NCBI GenBank assembly: GCA_021789435.1
Contig: JAJYJO010000004.1
Location: 5,108-69,107, forward strand
DNA length: 64,000 nucleotides
Source: Chloroflexota bacterium
Lineage (GTDB): Bacteria > Chloroflexota > Limnocylindria > Limnocylindrales > CSP1-4
Reading direction: 5' to 3'
In this document: piece by piece, positions 48,102 to 58,553 of the stretch
Layout: each line of letters begins with the position of its first letter
Position numbering within the stretch: position 1 is the first letter of the stretch
Made by a program: the position numbers and the translations under genes
The notes under the pieces: generated by a model
What the model saw: only the letters and a program-made list of their open reading frames with translations
Database searches by the model: none
Told to the model about the DNA's origin: nothing

Positions 48102-48305
48102 ATGATGTCCTGGGGCCTGGACGGCTGGATATGGATGGCCGTCTGGATCGCGGCCCTGCTGGTGATGGTCTGGCTGATCGTCCGCGGACCGGGCCGTTCC
48201 TCCGAGGTTGATGCGCTGGAGATCCTGCGCGCCCGTTTCGCGCGCGGCGAGATCAACGCCGACGAGTTCGAGCGGGCCCGCCAGGTCCTGCGCGACGGCC
48301 GATAG
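48102..48305 (+). CDS. SHOCT-domain small membrane protein
   Basis: One transmembrane helix, then LRARFARGEINADEFERARQVL. Confidence 0.65.
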   Translation: MMSWGLDGWIWMAVWIAALLVMVWLIVRGPGRSSEVDALEILRARFARGEINADEFERARQVLRDGR

Positions 48306-48316
48306 GAGTCGACTCG

Positions 48317-48907
48317 ATGCCACGTTCCTTCCACGTCCCGGCCTGGACGCTCCTGGCCGTCGCGGTCGTCGCCCTGGTGGCCGCCACGGCGGCCCTGACC
48401 GCATCGCTGGCCGGGCGCGCCACGCCGGCCGTCTCGAACGCCACGAACGGGTCGGCCTGGGGCCTGCCCGGCAGCGCCTATGGCTTCGGGTACGGCATGA
48501 TGGGCGGGGGCTATACCGGGATGATGGGCGGCCATGTCGCCGGCGCAGCGGCTCCCGGACCCGGGCAGACCGGTTTCGTCGCCGGGACGGCCGCTTCGCC
48601 GCGGGTGATATCGATCATCGCCGGCCCCGGCTACACCTTCAGCCCGTCGGGCGTGACCGTGGCCCGCGGAGAGACGGTCACGTTCGTGGTCACCACCGTC
48701 GGCCCGCTGGTCCACGAGTTCATGGTCGGCCCCGCGGACGCGGTGACGGCCGACCGGGACGGCACGCCCGAGGTCGCGGACATCGGGATGATGCAGACGA
48801 AGTCCCTGACCTTCACCTTCGACGGGGCCGGTCCCTATGCCTACGCCTGCCACGCTCCAGGCCATTACGAGGCCGGGATGCGCGGCACCGTCACGGTGGT
48901 CGACTGA
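48317..48907 (+). CDS. cupredoxin (type-1 copper) protein, secreted
   Basis: Signal peptide. Copper ligands H...CHAPGHYEAGM. Confidence 0.7.
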   Translation: MPRSFHVPAWTLLAVAVVALVAATAALTASLAGRATPAVSNATNGSAWGLPGSAYGFGYGMMGGGYTGMMGGHVAGAAAPGPGQTGFVAGTAASPRVISIIAGPGYTFSPSGVTVARGETVTFVVTTVGPLVHEFMVGPADAVTADRDGTPEVADIGMMQTKSLTFTFDGAGPYAYACHAPGHYEAGMRGTVTVVD

Positions 48908-49428
48908 TGGAGCGCGGTGATCGGCGTCCTCGGCCCGCGGCCGCTGCTGGCCGGCGTGGGGTCGCTCGGGAGCGGGCCCGCAGGGCCAACACGACTGGCC
49001 TGAGCAGGCTTCGGATGGGGCTCTTTGGCCTGGTTGTCGCGGGGGTCCTGCTCAGCGGCGGGTACCTCGCCTTCGGCGACCTCCTCTTCGGCCAGCGTGC
49101 GGCCACGTCCGGAGGGGCGATCAGCGTCCAGGTGTCGATGGCCGGCTTCACGCCCCGCGAGATCCATGTCCGGGCCGGCCAGGCCGTGACCCTGGACTGG
49201 TGGACCACTGATGCGCCGATGCACCTCGATGGGGGCGTCCACACGATGGTGAACGCCGCGCTCGGCCTGAACGGGCAGCTGCCCGGCGCGAGCGGGACCG
49301 GCGAATCGCGCCGCCTGGTCCACTTCACGGCTCCCGGGAAGCCGGGCACCTACGACATCGTCTGCGAGACCTGCTGCGGCGGGGCGGCCAACCCGGCCAT
49401 GCACGGGACGATCGTGGTGGACGCCTGA
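48907..49428 (+). CDS. cupredoxin-like protein with CxxCC motif
   Basis: Membrane anchor, then H...CETCCG..MHG. Confidence 0.55.
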   Translation: MERGDRRPRPAAAAGRRGVARERARRANTTGLSRLRMGLFGLVVAGVLLSGGYLAFGDLLFGQRAATSGGAISVQVSMAGFTPREIHVRAGQAVTLDWWTTDAPMHLDGGVHTMVNAALGLNGQLPGASGTGESRRLVHFTAPGKPGTYDIVCETCCGGAANPAMHGTIVVDA

Positions 49429-49429
49429 G

Positions 49430-50365
49430 ATGGCTTCCTGCCACGATGCGCCCGCCGGGGAGGGGCGCGGCGTCCCACACCCCGGCCCGCAACACGCCGG
49501 CGAACCGGACTCCCGGTCGGCGAGCCGCACCCTTACCGGGCGGACCGTCCTGGTCGCGGGCTACCCCAGGGCCACCATCCTCCTGGCGGCCGCCCTCGGG
49601 GCGGTCGCCCTCATCTCGACGACCTGGATCGTGATCTCGCCCTTCGACGCGGCCGCCTTCGGTGGCCTGACTGTGCCTGTGGTCCTGTCGTCGGGCTTCG
49701 CCGACGGCCTGAACCCGTGCGCCTTCGCCCTCCTGGTCCTCTTCGCGACCTACACGCTGACCCTGGTCAACGCGGTCACCTCGGACGGCTCGGCGACGCT
49801 CGAGGCGCGGCGCCGGCTGCTCGGGGCGGGCTCGCTGTACGTGGGCGCCGTCTGGATCACCTACTTCGTCATCGGCCTCGGGTTGCTCTCCTTCCTGGCC
49901 TGGCTCGGCCAGGACCACCTGGTCGCCCGGGTCGCGGCCGTCGTGGCGCTCCTCATGGCGCTCTGGATGCTCAAGGACGTCTTCCTGCCGGGTGTTGGGC
50001 CCTCGATGATGGCGCCGCACGAGACAACGAGCCGGATGCATCAGGCAATCGAGAAGGGCGGCCTGGCGGGGATGCTGATCGCCGGCGTGCTGGTCGGCAT
50101 CTGCACGGTCCCATGCTCTGGCGCCATCTACCTCGACATCGTGGCCGTTCTTCACGCCTCCGGCGGCGGCCCCACCGGCCTGGCTCTCCTGGCGCTCTAC
50201 AACCTCGCCTTCATCGCGCCGCTGGTCATTCTCCTGGCCGCGGTGAGTGACCGCCGGGCGCTCGGTCGGCTGGGCCGCTGGAACGGGGCCAACAGCCCCT
50301 GGGTCAAGACCGGCCTGGCGTTCGCCGTGGTGGCGATGTCATTCGGCCTGCTCTACAGCCTCTGA
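49430..50365 (+). CDS. CcdA/DsbD-family transmembrane thiol-disulfide transporter
   Basis: Six transmembrane helices. A cysteine in TM1 (GLNPCAF) and CTVPC in TM4. Confidence 0.6.
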   Translation: MASCHDAPAGEGRGVPHPGPQHAGEPDSRSASRTLTGRTVLVAGYPRATILLAAALGAVALISTTWIVISPFDAAAFGGLTVPVVLSSGFADGLNPCAFALLVLFATYTLTLVNAVTSDGSATLEARRRLLGAGSLYVGAVWITYFVIGLGLLSFLAWLGQDHLVARVAAVVALLMALWMLKDVFLPGVGPSMMAPHETTSRMHQAIEKGGLAGMLIAGVLVGICTVPCSGAIYLDIVAVLHASGGGPTGLALLALYNLAFIAPLVILLAAVSDRRALGRLGRWNGANSPWVKTGLAFAVVAMSFGLLYSL

Positions 50366-50376
50366 ACCCCCGGTCG

Positions 50377-52506
50377 GTGCAGCAGCCCGCGTTGACGAAC
50401 GTGACCATGCTGAGGGGGAGCATGGAAGACGCAGAGCACCACGGCCACGAGTCCGGGACGGGCTGGGGAACGCCCGCCGCGGGCCCCTCGGCGGCCGGCC
50501 GGGACGGCCACGCCGGCCACGACCGGCATGCCGGCCACTCGGTCGCCATGTTCCGCGACAAGTTCTGGCTGAGCCTGGCGCTGACGATCCCGGTCATCGT
50601 CTGGAGCCGAGACCCCCAAGGGTGGCTCCGCTACACCGCGCCGAGCTTCCCAGGTTCCGATCTGATCCCGCCTGTCCTGGGCACCATCGTCTTCCTGTAC
50701 GGCGGGCTCGTCTTCCTGCGGGGCGCCCGCGGCGAGCTCGCCGAGGGCAGGCCCGCGATGATGACCCTCATCTCTCTGGCGATCGTCGTGGCCTTCGTGA
50801 CGAGCTGGGCCGGCACGCTCCAGCTGTTCGACATCGAGATCTGGTGGGAGCTCTCCTCGCTCATCGTCATCATGCTGCTCGGCCACTGGCTGGAGATGCG
50901 CTCGATCGCGCAGGCCCGAGGCGCGCTGGCGGCGCTTGCCGAGCTGCTGCCCGACACGGCCGAGCGGGTGCGGGATGGGGGGACGGAGACGGTCCCGCTC
51001 GACGCGCTCGCCGTCGACGACCTGGTGCTCGTCCGTCCCGGCGGTCGCATCCCGGCCGACGGTGTCGTGGCTGAGGGCTCGGCCGACGTGGACGAGTCGA
51101 TGATCACGGGGGAGTCGCAGGCGGTCCCCAAGGAACCGGGGGCAAGGGTCGTGGCCGGTACCGTCGCGGCGGGCGGCAGCCTCCGGGTCCGAGTCTCCGC
51201 GGTAGGCGACGGGACGGCGCTCTCCGGCATCATGCGGATGGTGGCCGCCGCGCAGGCCTCCGCCTCGCGGACGCAGGCCCTCGCCGACCGGGCCGCGGCG
51301 ATCCTCTTCTACGTCGCCGTGGCGGCGGGGGCGATCACGTTCACCTTCTGGTGGATCGAGGGCGACCGGGCGGGGGCCCTTGTGCGCATGGCGACGGTGC
51401 TCGTCATCGCCTGCCCGCACGCTCTGGGTCTCGCGATCCCGCTCGTCATCGCGATCAGCACCTCGCTCGGGGCGCGCAACGGGTTGCTCGTCAAGAACCG
51501 GATCGCCCTCGAGCGGGCCCGCGAGGTCGACGTCGTGATCTTCGACAAGACCGGGACGCTCACCAAGGGCCAGCCGATCCTGGCTGCGGTCGCCGGAAGC
51601 GACGAGGCCGAGATCCTCCGGCTGGCGGCATCGGTCGAGGCCGACTCCGAACACCCGCTGGCCCGGGCGATCGTCGCCGGGGCGGGGTCGCGCGGGATCG
51701 AAGCCTTGCCCGCGACAGAGTTCGAGGCGCTCCCGGGTCTGGGCGCGCGGGCAACGGTCGACGGACGGCAGGTGGTCGTGGGGGGACCGCGGCTGCTCGC
51801 GGAGGCGGGGCTTCAGCCGATGCCCGAGGTCGAGACCTGGGCAAGAGCTGGCCGGACTGTCCTGCATGTCGTCAGCGACGGCCGCGTGGCCGGTGCGCTG
51901 GCGGTCGAGGACGAGATCCGACCCGAGTCGGCCGAGGCGATCGAGCGGCTCCACGCCATGGGCCTCAAGGTGGCCATGATTACTGGCGACGCCCAGGCAG
52001 TCGCGGACTCGGTGGCCCGTCGGCTGGGGATCGACGCGGTCGCGGCGCAGGTGCTGCCGGCCGACAAGGCCGATGCCGTGAAGCGCTTCCAGGCCGGTGG
52101 GCGGAAGGTCGCCATGGTGGGCGACGGCGTCAACGATGCGCCGGCCCTCGCCACGGCGGACGTCGGGATCGCGATCGGCGCTGGGACGGACGTCGCCGTC
52201 GAATCGGCGGGGATCATCCTGGTGCGGAGCGACCCGCGAGATGTCGTCGGCGCGATCGAGCTGTCGCGCGCGACCTACCGCAAGATGATCCAGAACCTGG
52301 CCTGGGCGACCGGCTACAACCTGGTCGCCATCCCGATCGCCGCCGGGATCCTCGTTCCCTGGGGGATCGACCTGCCCATGGCGGTCGGGGCCGTCGCCAT
52401 GAGCGCCTCCACGATCATCGTGGCCGCCAACGCGCAACTCCTGCGCCGGCTCCGCCTCCGCCCGGGCGGTGACTCCGAGCCGCTGGCGGTCCCCCGGCCG
52501 GCCTGA
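50377..52506 (+). CDS. copB: P1B-type heavy-metal (copper) translocating ATPase, CPH-motif (CopB-like) with His-rich N-terminus
   Basis: HHGHESG...[11 protein letters not shown]-terminal tail, [10 protein letters not shown] in TM6, [17 protein letters not shown]. Confidence 0.85.
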   Translation: MQQPALTNVTMLRGSMEDAEHHGHESGTGWGTPAAGPSAAGRDGHAGHDRHAGHSVAMFRDKFWLSLALTIPVIVWSRDPQGWLRYTAPSFPGSDLIPPVLGTIVFLYGGLVFLRGARGELAEGRPAMMTLISLAIVVAFVTSWAGTLQLFDIEIWWELSSLIVIMLLGHWLEMRSIAQARGALAALAELLPDTAERVRDGGTETVPLDALAVDDLVLVRPGGRIPADGVVAEGSADVDESMITGESQAVPKEPGARVVAGTVAAGGSLRVRVSAVGDGTALSGIMRMVAAAQASASRTQALADRAAAILFYVAVAAGAITFTFWWIEGDRAGALVRMATVLVIACPHALGLAIPLVIAISTSLGARNGLLVKNRIALERAREVDVVIFDKTGTLTKGQPILAAVAGSDEAEILRLAASVEADSEHPLARAIVAGAGSRGIEALPATEFEALPGLGARATVDGRQVVVGGPRLLAEAGLQPMPEVETWARAGRTVLHVVSDGRVAGALAVEDEIRPESAEAIERLHAMGLKVAMITGDAQAVADSVARRLGIDAVAAQVLPADKADAVKRFQAGGRKVAMVGDGVNDAPALATADVGIAIGAGTDVAVESAGIILVRSDPRDVVGAIELSRATYRKMIQNLAWATGYNLVAIPIAAGILVPWGIDLPMAVGAVAMSASTIIVAANAQLLRRLRLRPGGDSEPLAVPRPA

Positions 52507-52587
52507 GGTCGCCGCGCCGAAGACCGATCGCCGGGCGGCGGTCGTCCGGGGCCGCGGCCGCCGGCACCGGTCCGCCGACCGGCAGGT

Positions 52588-53053
52588 TCAGCGGCTCGCG
52601 CGCCAGCCGGCGAACGTGGGCCAGCCCCAGGCGACGGACGCGGCGGCGATCATCAGGCCGGCCCCGAACATCACCGGGTGCAGGAAGCTGAACTCCCTGA
52701 TGATGGCGAGCTCGACCACGATCCAGATCATCTGGCCGCAGCCGATTGCGAAGGCCAGGAACGGTGCGATCCGCCCGGCGGAAGCCCAGCGCCGCCGCGA
52801 GGAAGGAGCCGACGCCGAAGAGACCACCGAGGATCACGCCCGGCCAGAAGTAGTCGGCGAAGGGGCTGCCGGCGAGCAGCGCGAGATCGAAGTGCATGTT
52901 GCCGCCATCGGGCTTCGAGGCCAAGGCGATCCCTCCGGCGAGGGCCCCGAGGCCGAGCAGCAGGAGAAAGACGATCGCGATCTTGCCGGCCAGGTCGAGC
53001 CGCGGTTGCGGGATCGAGTCGGGCCAGTGTCGGGCGAGAGCCGGGGTGGCCAT
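52588..53053 (-). pseudogene. small multi-TM membrane protein apparently split by a +1 frameshift near 52800
   Basis: Two adjacent frames encode continuous hydrophobic helices (MATPALARHW...GSFLAAALGF, then RIAPFLAFAIGCGQMIWIVV...). Total length 466 nt, not a multiple of 3. Confidence 0.35.
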
Positions 53054-53642
53054 GGCGTTCGGACTCCTGTGAGAGCGAGACGGACGCGACCGCGGCGATG
53101 CTCGCGGCCTCGCCGATGCCGTGGCAAGGGCCAACCGGACTGCCCCCGTCACCCGCGAGACAGGAAAGGAGCGATGCCGGCAAAGGAGCGGCCGGCGATG
53201 CCGCCGGCGGCACCGGGTGACGTAACCGGTTCGAAAGGGAGCCGGGTCGAGACTCTCCCCGCGGTAGCGATCGGCCCGCACAAGGCGGGGGCCGACGCCA
53301 CGGCTCCTCCCCTCGCCACGGGGGCGGCGGGCCGCATTGCGCCGCCCCAGCACCCCAAGACGAAAGTGCCTGGGGGCATGGCCGCGACGCCGCAGCGAAT
53401 CCGGGTCCACGATGCCGGAGGGGACGGCCATGGCGGCCGCGATCGCCTTCTGGCGCTGGCCGTGATCGCCTTCGAACGCCGCGATCCTGCACACCTGACG
53501 CTGACCCGGCGCATCGCCGCCGGTGCGCAGGGCTCGCGAGGGCCCCCGCCCGGCGATGGGCCGCCGATGAGCCCGATGGCACTGGCGGCGGGCGTGCGAG
53601 GAGGGCAAGCTCTGGCCGGCGTCCCGACGGGGAGGGGCAGGG

Positions 53643-54140
53643 ATGAGAGTCGTCACGCTGGTCGTCCTCTGGCTCGTCGTCGCCGGGTGCGCCACCTCCG
53701 CGGCACCCACGGGCAACCCACCCGGATCGGGCTCGCCGGGCTCGACGACGGGCCCCGCCGCATCAGCGCCTGGCGATCCGCTCGAGCCGGAGGTTTCCCA
53801 GGCGGCCGCCCACGCCGCCGCCACACTCGACAGGCTCGAGCAGCAGGTCGACGCCTTCATCGTCGACGTCCTCGACGAGAACGGAGCGGCCGTCCGGGCG
53901 CACCTGGTGGCCATCGCCGACCTGCTCGGCGTCGAGCACGAGTGGTACCTGTCCCTGCCCCCGGCCGCGACCGCCCACTGGGCCATCGCCCGCTACGGCT
54001 TCCGGCTCACCGAAGCGCTGACCCAGACGCGGGCTGCGCTCGACGGAACCCACCCCGGCGCCCTCGACGCGGCGGGCCAGGCCCTGGAGGACGTGCTGGC
54101 TCTCGCGCCCGAGATGCGGGGCCTGGCACCCGCCGCGTAG
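53643..54140 (+). CDS. hypothetical lipoprotein
   Basis: Signal peptide with lipobox VVAGCATS. GGGAGGGG ribosome-binding site. Confidence 0.6.
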   Translation: MRVVTLVVLWLVVAGCATSAAPTGNPPGSGSPGSTTGPAASAPGDPLEPEVSQAAAHAAATLDRLEQQVDAFIVDVLDENGAAVRAHLVAIADLLGVEHEWYLSLPPAATAHWAIARYGFRLTEALTQTRAALDGTHPGALDAAGQALEDVLALAPEMRGLAPAA

Positions 54141-54351
54141 CGCCTGGGCGCGCCGCCGCCCGCTCAAGCGAAGACCCCGGTTCGCGGCCCCGGCCAACGC
54201 CGGCGTCGACCTCCCGCCGGGCGGTACTTCCGTACCGTTTGCCGGCCGATCCCGGCGCCGGATGATCGGGGCAAGGGTGCCGACCGGTCCGTCCGCACCG
54301 GTCGGCGGAGGAATCCACGCCGTGGTCCGCGAATTCAGGCGAGGGGGCAAC

Positions 54352-55875
54352 GTGCGAGCGACCGGCGCCGATGAGGAGGCAGCCGTCGCGGCCGCCCAAC
54401 GGGCTCACCGGCTCGTCGCCGGGACCATCGGCGAGCCGCTCTTCCCGACCGTGGTGCTCCGCGAGCGCTCGGCCCACGGCCTGCCGGCCGACCCGGGCCC
54501 GCTCTTCGACGGCTGGGCCGCACGCAGCACCGGATCCGCGCTCGGTCCCGTGCGCTACCGCTGGACCGTCTCGGCCAGGTTCCTGCCCTCCATCCCGCAC
54601 ATGGGCGACCCGGCGAGCTGGCGGGCCTGGCGTCCGGCCGAGCAGGAGGTGCTGGAGCGCGATCCTTGGCGCGTGGTCGCCCGGCTCGTCGTGCCCATCG
54701 TGCTCGCAGAGACGACCGACTTCCTGGGCACGCTCGCCTCCGAGGCGCCCCACGCCCCGACTCGGGAGCGGGCCCGCTCGTTCCTCCGCGAGGCCCTGCC
54801 GGTCCTGCGCACCGACGGCGCCTTCTACGTCGGCGGTCGCCACGCCTGGGGCGACACGTTCGCCCTCTGGTGCTTCTCCCGCCGGCCGCAGGCGCTGCGG
54901 ATCTTCTACCCCTATGCCCTCGCCACGGCCGAGCTTTACGCCGAGGCTGCCCGCGAGGCGGGTGGCGTCCTGCCTGGCTCCCGGTTCCCCTTCCACGACG
55001 TACCACTCGCGTCGGCCTCCGCTCAGCTCGCGACCGGGCTGCTCGCCCTGGGCCTGCAGCCGGCGCCCGTCGGCCGCCTGGCCCGCCATGTGGCGTCCGA
55101 GGAGCGTGGTTCGGGCGGCTGGGGCGACGCCGATGGACCGGCTGATCTCCTGACGACGCTCGACTGCGCCGACCTCCTGCTGCGCCTCGACCCGACCTTC
55201 CGCGCGGACCGGACGGTCGGCTTGCTCCTCCAGCGCCAGGACAGAGAGGGCTGGTGGCGGGCGATGGGCCCCGAGACGCTCTGGCTGACGGCCGAGATCG
55301 CGGGCCTGCTGGATGCCGCAGGCGGCTCCTTCGCCGCACGCTTCCGCTGGCCCGAGCTCGCCCGGGAGCAGCGCGACCGGCGGACCGGCCTGCCCTTCTA
55401 CTCGTACCTCGTGGACCTCGCCGCCCTCTACGCGCAGTTTCCGGGCCTGGCGGAGGCTCCGGTCGAGCTGGCGTTCCTTGACCTGGCCCGCTTCGGCGAG
55501 TTCAACAACGCCGCGGGAATGGCGATGGGCGACGAGGTCCTGCGCCGCTTCGCAGCCGAGCTCCGGACATTGCCCGACGCGGTCGCCATCCGCGACGGCG
55601 GCGACGAGTTCATCATCCTCGGCAGCCCGACCGCGACCGGCCTGCGGGAGCGGCTCGAGGGCCTTCCGCCAGGACCAGTGGCCGGCGGCCTTCCGGAGCG
55701 CCTTCGGCTCCGAGGTCGCCGACGTGGCGGCGCGGATCCTCGTCACGACGACCAGGGGCGCCGACCTCGTGGCGGCCCGGGATCGGCTCGGCCGGGCCAT
55801 CGGACCCTGGAAGCGACAGGTCGACCCGGTGCCGGCCAGCGGGGCGCTGGTCGAGCTCCCTTGGGGGGAGCCTGA
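54352..55875 (+). CDS. GGDEF-domain protein (probable diguanylate cyclase) with a roughly 380-aa N-terminal domain of unknown function; frame breaks about 13 codons after the GGDEF motif
   Basis: RTGLPFYSY....GDEVLRRFAAEL....RDGGDEFIILG. The alignable continuation (AFGSEVADVAARI...AARDRLGRAIG) lies in a different frame, 55313-55915. Confidence 0.55.
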   Translation: MRATGADEEAAVAAAQRAHRLVAGTIGEPLFPTVVLRERSAHGLPADPGPLFDGWAARSTGSALGPVRYRWTVSARFLPSIPHMGDPASWRAWRPAEQEVLERDPWRVVARLVVPIVLAETTDFLGTLASEAPHAPTRERARSFLREALPVLRTDGAFYVGGRHAWGDTFALWCFSRRPQALRIFYPYALATAELYAEAAREAGGVLPGSRFPFHDVPLASASAQLATGLLALGLQPAPVGRLARHVASEERGSGGWGDADGPADLLTTLDCADLLLRLDPTFRADRTVGLLLQRQDREGWWRAMGPETLWLTAEIAGLLDAAGGSFAARFRWPELAREQRDRRTGLPFYSYLVDLAALYAQFPGLAEAPVELAFLDLARFGEFNNAAGMAMGDEVLRRFAAELRTLPDAVAIRDGGDEFIILGSPTATGLRERLEGLPPGPVAGGLPERLRLRGRRRGGADPRHDDQGRRPRGGPGSARPGHRTLEATGRPGAGQRGAGRAPLGGA

Positions 55876-55911
55876 CGGATGGCGAGCGGGTCCCGATGCG
55901 AGGAGGCGCGC

Positions 55912-56373
55912 GTGAAACGGCTCTACGTGGACATGGACGGTGTGCTGGTCGACTTCGATTCCGGCGTCGCCCGCCTCGAGCCGGCGATCCGGGCCGCCTA
56001 CGCGGGCCACCTCGACGATGTGCCGGGCGTCTTCGGCCTGATGGACCCGATGCCGGGCGCGATCGAGGCCTTCGCCGAGCTGGCCCGGACCTTCGACACC
56101 TACATCCTCTCGACAGCTCCCTGGCGCAACCCGTCCGCCTGGTCGGACAAGGTCATGCGGGTCCAGCGGCATCTCGGCGAGCCCGGGTAGAAGCGCCTGA
56201 TCCTCGCCCACCACAAGAACCTGCTGCGGGGCGACTTCCTGGTCGACGATCGGCGGGCGCACGGCGTCGACGACTTCGAGGGTCTCCATCTCCACTTCGG
56301 GACGCCCGGGTTGCCGGATTGGGCCGCGGTCAGGGCCCACCTGCTTCCCGAGTCTGACGCGCCGGCTCGTTGA
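55912..56373 (+). pseudogene. 5'(3')-deoxyribonucleotidase-like HAD hydrolase interrupted by an in-frame TAG at 56188-56190
   Basis: YVDMDGVLVDF HAD motif I before the stop. Homology continues after the stop (KRLILAHHKNLLRGDFLVDD). AGGAGG ribosome-binding site. Confidence 0.55.
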
Positions 56374-56511
56374 GCGGGCAGGCGCTGCGCGGCAGATCGC
56401 CGCACCCGCCTGCCGGCGGGCGGCAAACCGCCGCGCCGCGGGCGACGTAGGGAGGGGCAGGCCTGCCTGCCCAAACGCCCGGCGCCCCCCGGGTCCAACG
56501 GAGATCCTGCC

Positions 56512-56871
56512 GTGAGCCGCACTCCGCTCCTCGGTCTCGTGATCATCGTCACGCTCGGCGTGGCGGCCTGCTCGAGCTCCGCCACGCCCGCCCCCGCGGC
56601 GACCACGTCGGGAGGGGGAGCGGGAGCGCAGAGCGTGGCGATCCAGGACTTCTCCTTCCAGCCGGCGAGCCTGACCGTGAGCGTGGGCTCGACCGTGACC
56701 TGGACCAACAAGGACAATGTCGGCCACACCGTGACGGCCGATGACGGCTCGTTCAAGAGCGGCACGATCGGCGGCGGTGCGACGTTCACGCAGACGTTCG
56801 CCAGGGCCGGCACCTACAGCTACCACTGCTCCATTCACGCGTACATGAAGGCCACCGTTACTGTTCAGTAG
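56512..56871 (+). CDS. cupredoxin (plastocyanin/pseudoazurin-like) lipoprotein
   Basis: Lipobox GVAACSSS. Copper ligands H...CSIHAYM. Confidence 0.75.
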   Translation: MSRTPLLGLVIIVTLGVAACSSSATPAPAATTSGGGAGAQSVAIQDFSFQPASLTVSVGSTVTWTNKDNVGHTVTADDGSFKSGTIGGGATFTQTFARAGTYSYHCSIHAYMKATVTVQ

Positions 56872-56930
56872 ACCCGGCCGCAGAGCCGCGGAGCGGCGCG
56901 GTCCGGGCAGTGTGGCCAGGAGGTTCGACG

Positions 56931-57686
56931 ATGGTGGGTCAACTGTCCGGCAAGGTCGCTCTCGTGACCGGCGGGGCGCGGGGGATCGGGGCCGCGACGG
57001 CCCGGGCCATGGCTGTCGGCGGGGCGAAGGTCGTGGTCGCCGACATTCTCGACGATGAGGGAGAGCGGCTCGCTGCGGAGCTGCGGGAAGGCGGCTACGA
57101 CGCCCGCCACGCGCACCTCGACGTGAGCGACGAGGCACAGTGGGAGCGTGTCGTCGCGACGACGGTGGCCGATCTTGGCGGGCTCCACGTGCTCGTGAAC
57201 AACGCCGGGATCGGCACGCTGCCGGATGTGGAGACCGAGACGCGCGAGGCCTGGGATCGGGTGATCGCGGTCAACCAGACCGGCGTCTGGCTCGGAATGA
57301 AGCACGCCATCCCCGCGATGCTCGCCGCCGGGGGCGGGTCGGTCGTCAACGTGAGCTCCATCTTCGGGGCCACCGGCGGGTTCGGCGCATCGATCGCCTA
57401 CCACGCGACCAAGGGCGCCGTCCGGCTGATGACGAAGAGCGCTGCCCTCCGCTACGCGAAGGAGGGAATCCGCTTCAACTCGATCCACCCTGGTTTCATC
57501 GACACGCCGATGGTCGAGCAGACCAAGGGCACCGAGAGCGAACAGCTCATCCTCGCCAATACCCCGATGGGCCGCCTCGGCAAGGCCGAGGAGATCGCCG
57601 CCGTCATCGCCTTCCTGGCGGGCGACGGTGCCTCGTACATGACCGGATCCGAGGTCTACGTGGACGGCGGCTGGACTGCCCGCTGA
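56931..57686 (+). CDS. SDR-family NAD(P)-dependent oxidoreductase
   Basis: TGGARGIG Rossmann motif, NNAG, and the S...YHATK catalytic triad. GGAGG ribosome-binding site. Confidence 0.85.
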   Translation: MVGQLSGKVALVTGGARGIGAATARAMAVGGAKVVVADILDDEGERLAAELREGGYDARHAHLDVSDEAQWERVVATTVADLGGLHVLVNNAGIGTLPDVETETREAWDRVIAVNQTGVWLGMKHAIPAMLAAGGGSVVNVSSIFGATGGFGASIAYHATKGAVRLMTKSAALRYAKEGIRFNSIHPGFIDTPMVEQTKGTESEQLILANTPMGRLGKAEEIAAVIAFLAGDGASYMTGSEVYVDGGWTAR

Positions 57687-57887
57687 CCGGCGCGATTGCC
57701 CGAACGGCGCGGGTTGCCCCGCCGGCTCCGACTCGTGGTTCCGGAGACGGCCCGGGTGCCCGGCCGGATGCCCCTCGACGGCGACGTCCAGGAAGCCCGC
57801 GAGCCGCCCGATCGGCACGATCGCCACACACGGAACCTGCCCGCCGGCGGCCGGCAGCGGCCGATCCGCCTGGTGCATGATTCGCAC

Positions 57888-58553
57888 GTGGAAGGCGAGC
57901 CGCTGCGGGTCGTCATCGCCGAGGATTCAGCCCTCATCCGCGAGGGGATCGCCCGGCTCATCGACGAGTTCGGCGGACGGGTCGTCGCGAAGGTGGGCGA
58001 CGGGCCGTCCTTCGTCGAGGCCGTCGTGGCGCACCACCCGGACGTCTCCGTCGTCGACGTCCGGATGCCACCGAGCCAGCGGGACGAGGGTCTGCGGGCG
58101 GCGATCGAGGCCCGCCGTCGCGTTCCCGGGACGCCGGTCCTCGTCTTGAGCCAGTACGTCGAGCGGGAGTACGCGACCGAGCTGCTGGCCGACCGCGCGG
58201 GTGGCGTCGGCTACCTGCTCAAGGACCGGGTCGGCGACGTGCGCGAGTTCATGGACGCCCTCCGGCGGGTCGCGCACGGCGGGACCGCCCTGGATCCCGA
58301 GGTCGTCGCCCAGCTCATGGCCGCCCGGCGAGCGGACGATCCCCTCGCGGCCCTCACCCCTCGCGAGCGAGAGGTGCTGGCGGCGATGGCCGAGGGCCGG
58401 ACGAACGTCGGCATCGCCACGCTCCTCGGCATCAGCGAGGGCGCGACGGAGAAGCACATCAGCAACATCTTCGGCAAGCTCGAACTGCCCGACACGCAGA
58501 ACGATCACCGCCGGGTGCTGGCGGTGCTCGCCTACCTGGGCTCCTGGGGCTAG
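57888..58553 (+). CDS. NarL/LuxR-family response regulator
   Basis: Receiver domain (RVVIAEDSALIREG...D...VLVLS) and LuxR helix-turn-helix (LTPREREVLAAMAEGRTNVGIA). Confidence 0.8.
   Translation: MEGEPLRVVIAEDSALIREGIARLIDEFGGRVVAKVGDGPSFVEAVVAHHPDVSVVDVRMPPSQRDEGLRAAIEARRRVPGTPVLVLSQYVEREYATELLADRAGGVGYLLKDRVGDVREFMDALRRVAHGGTALDPEVVAQLMAARRADDPLAALTPREREVLAAMAEGRTNVGIATLLGISEGATEKHISNIFGKLELPDTQNDHRRVLAVLAYLGSWG

Noticed and set aside
50353-52437. 694-aa minus-strand ORF antisense to the copper ATPase gene
   Set aside because: No recognisable motifs and extreme Arg/Gly/Asp bias. The plus-strand P-type ATPase is unambiguous.
54007-57138. 1043-aa minus-strand ORF
   Set aside because: Antisense to the GGDEF, HAD, cupredoxin and SDR genes. 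Composition-biased junk translation.
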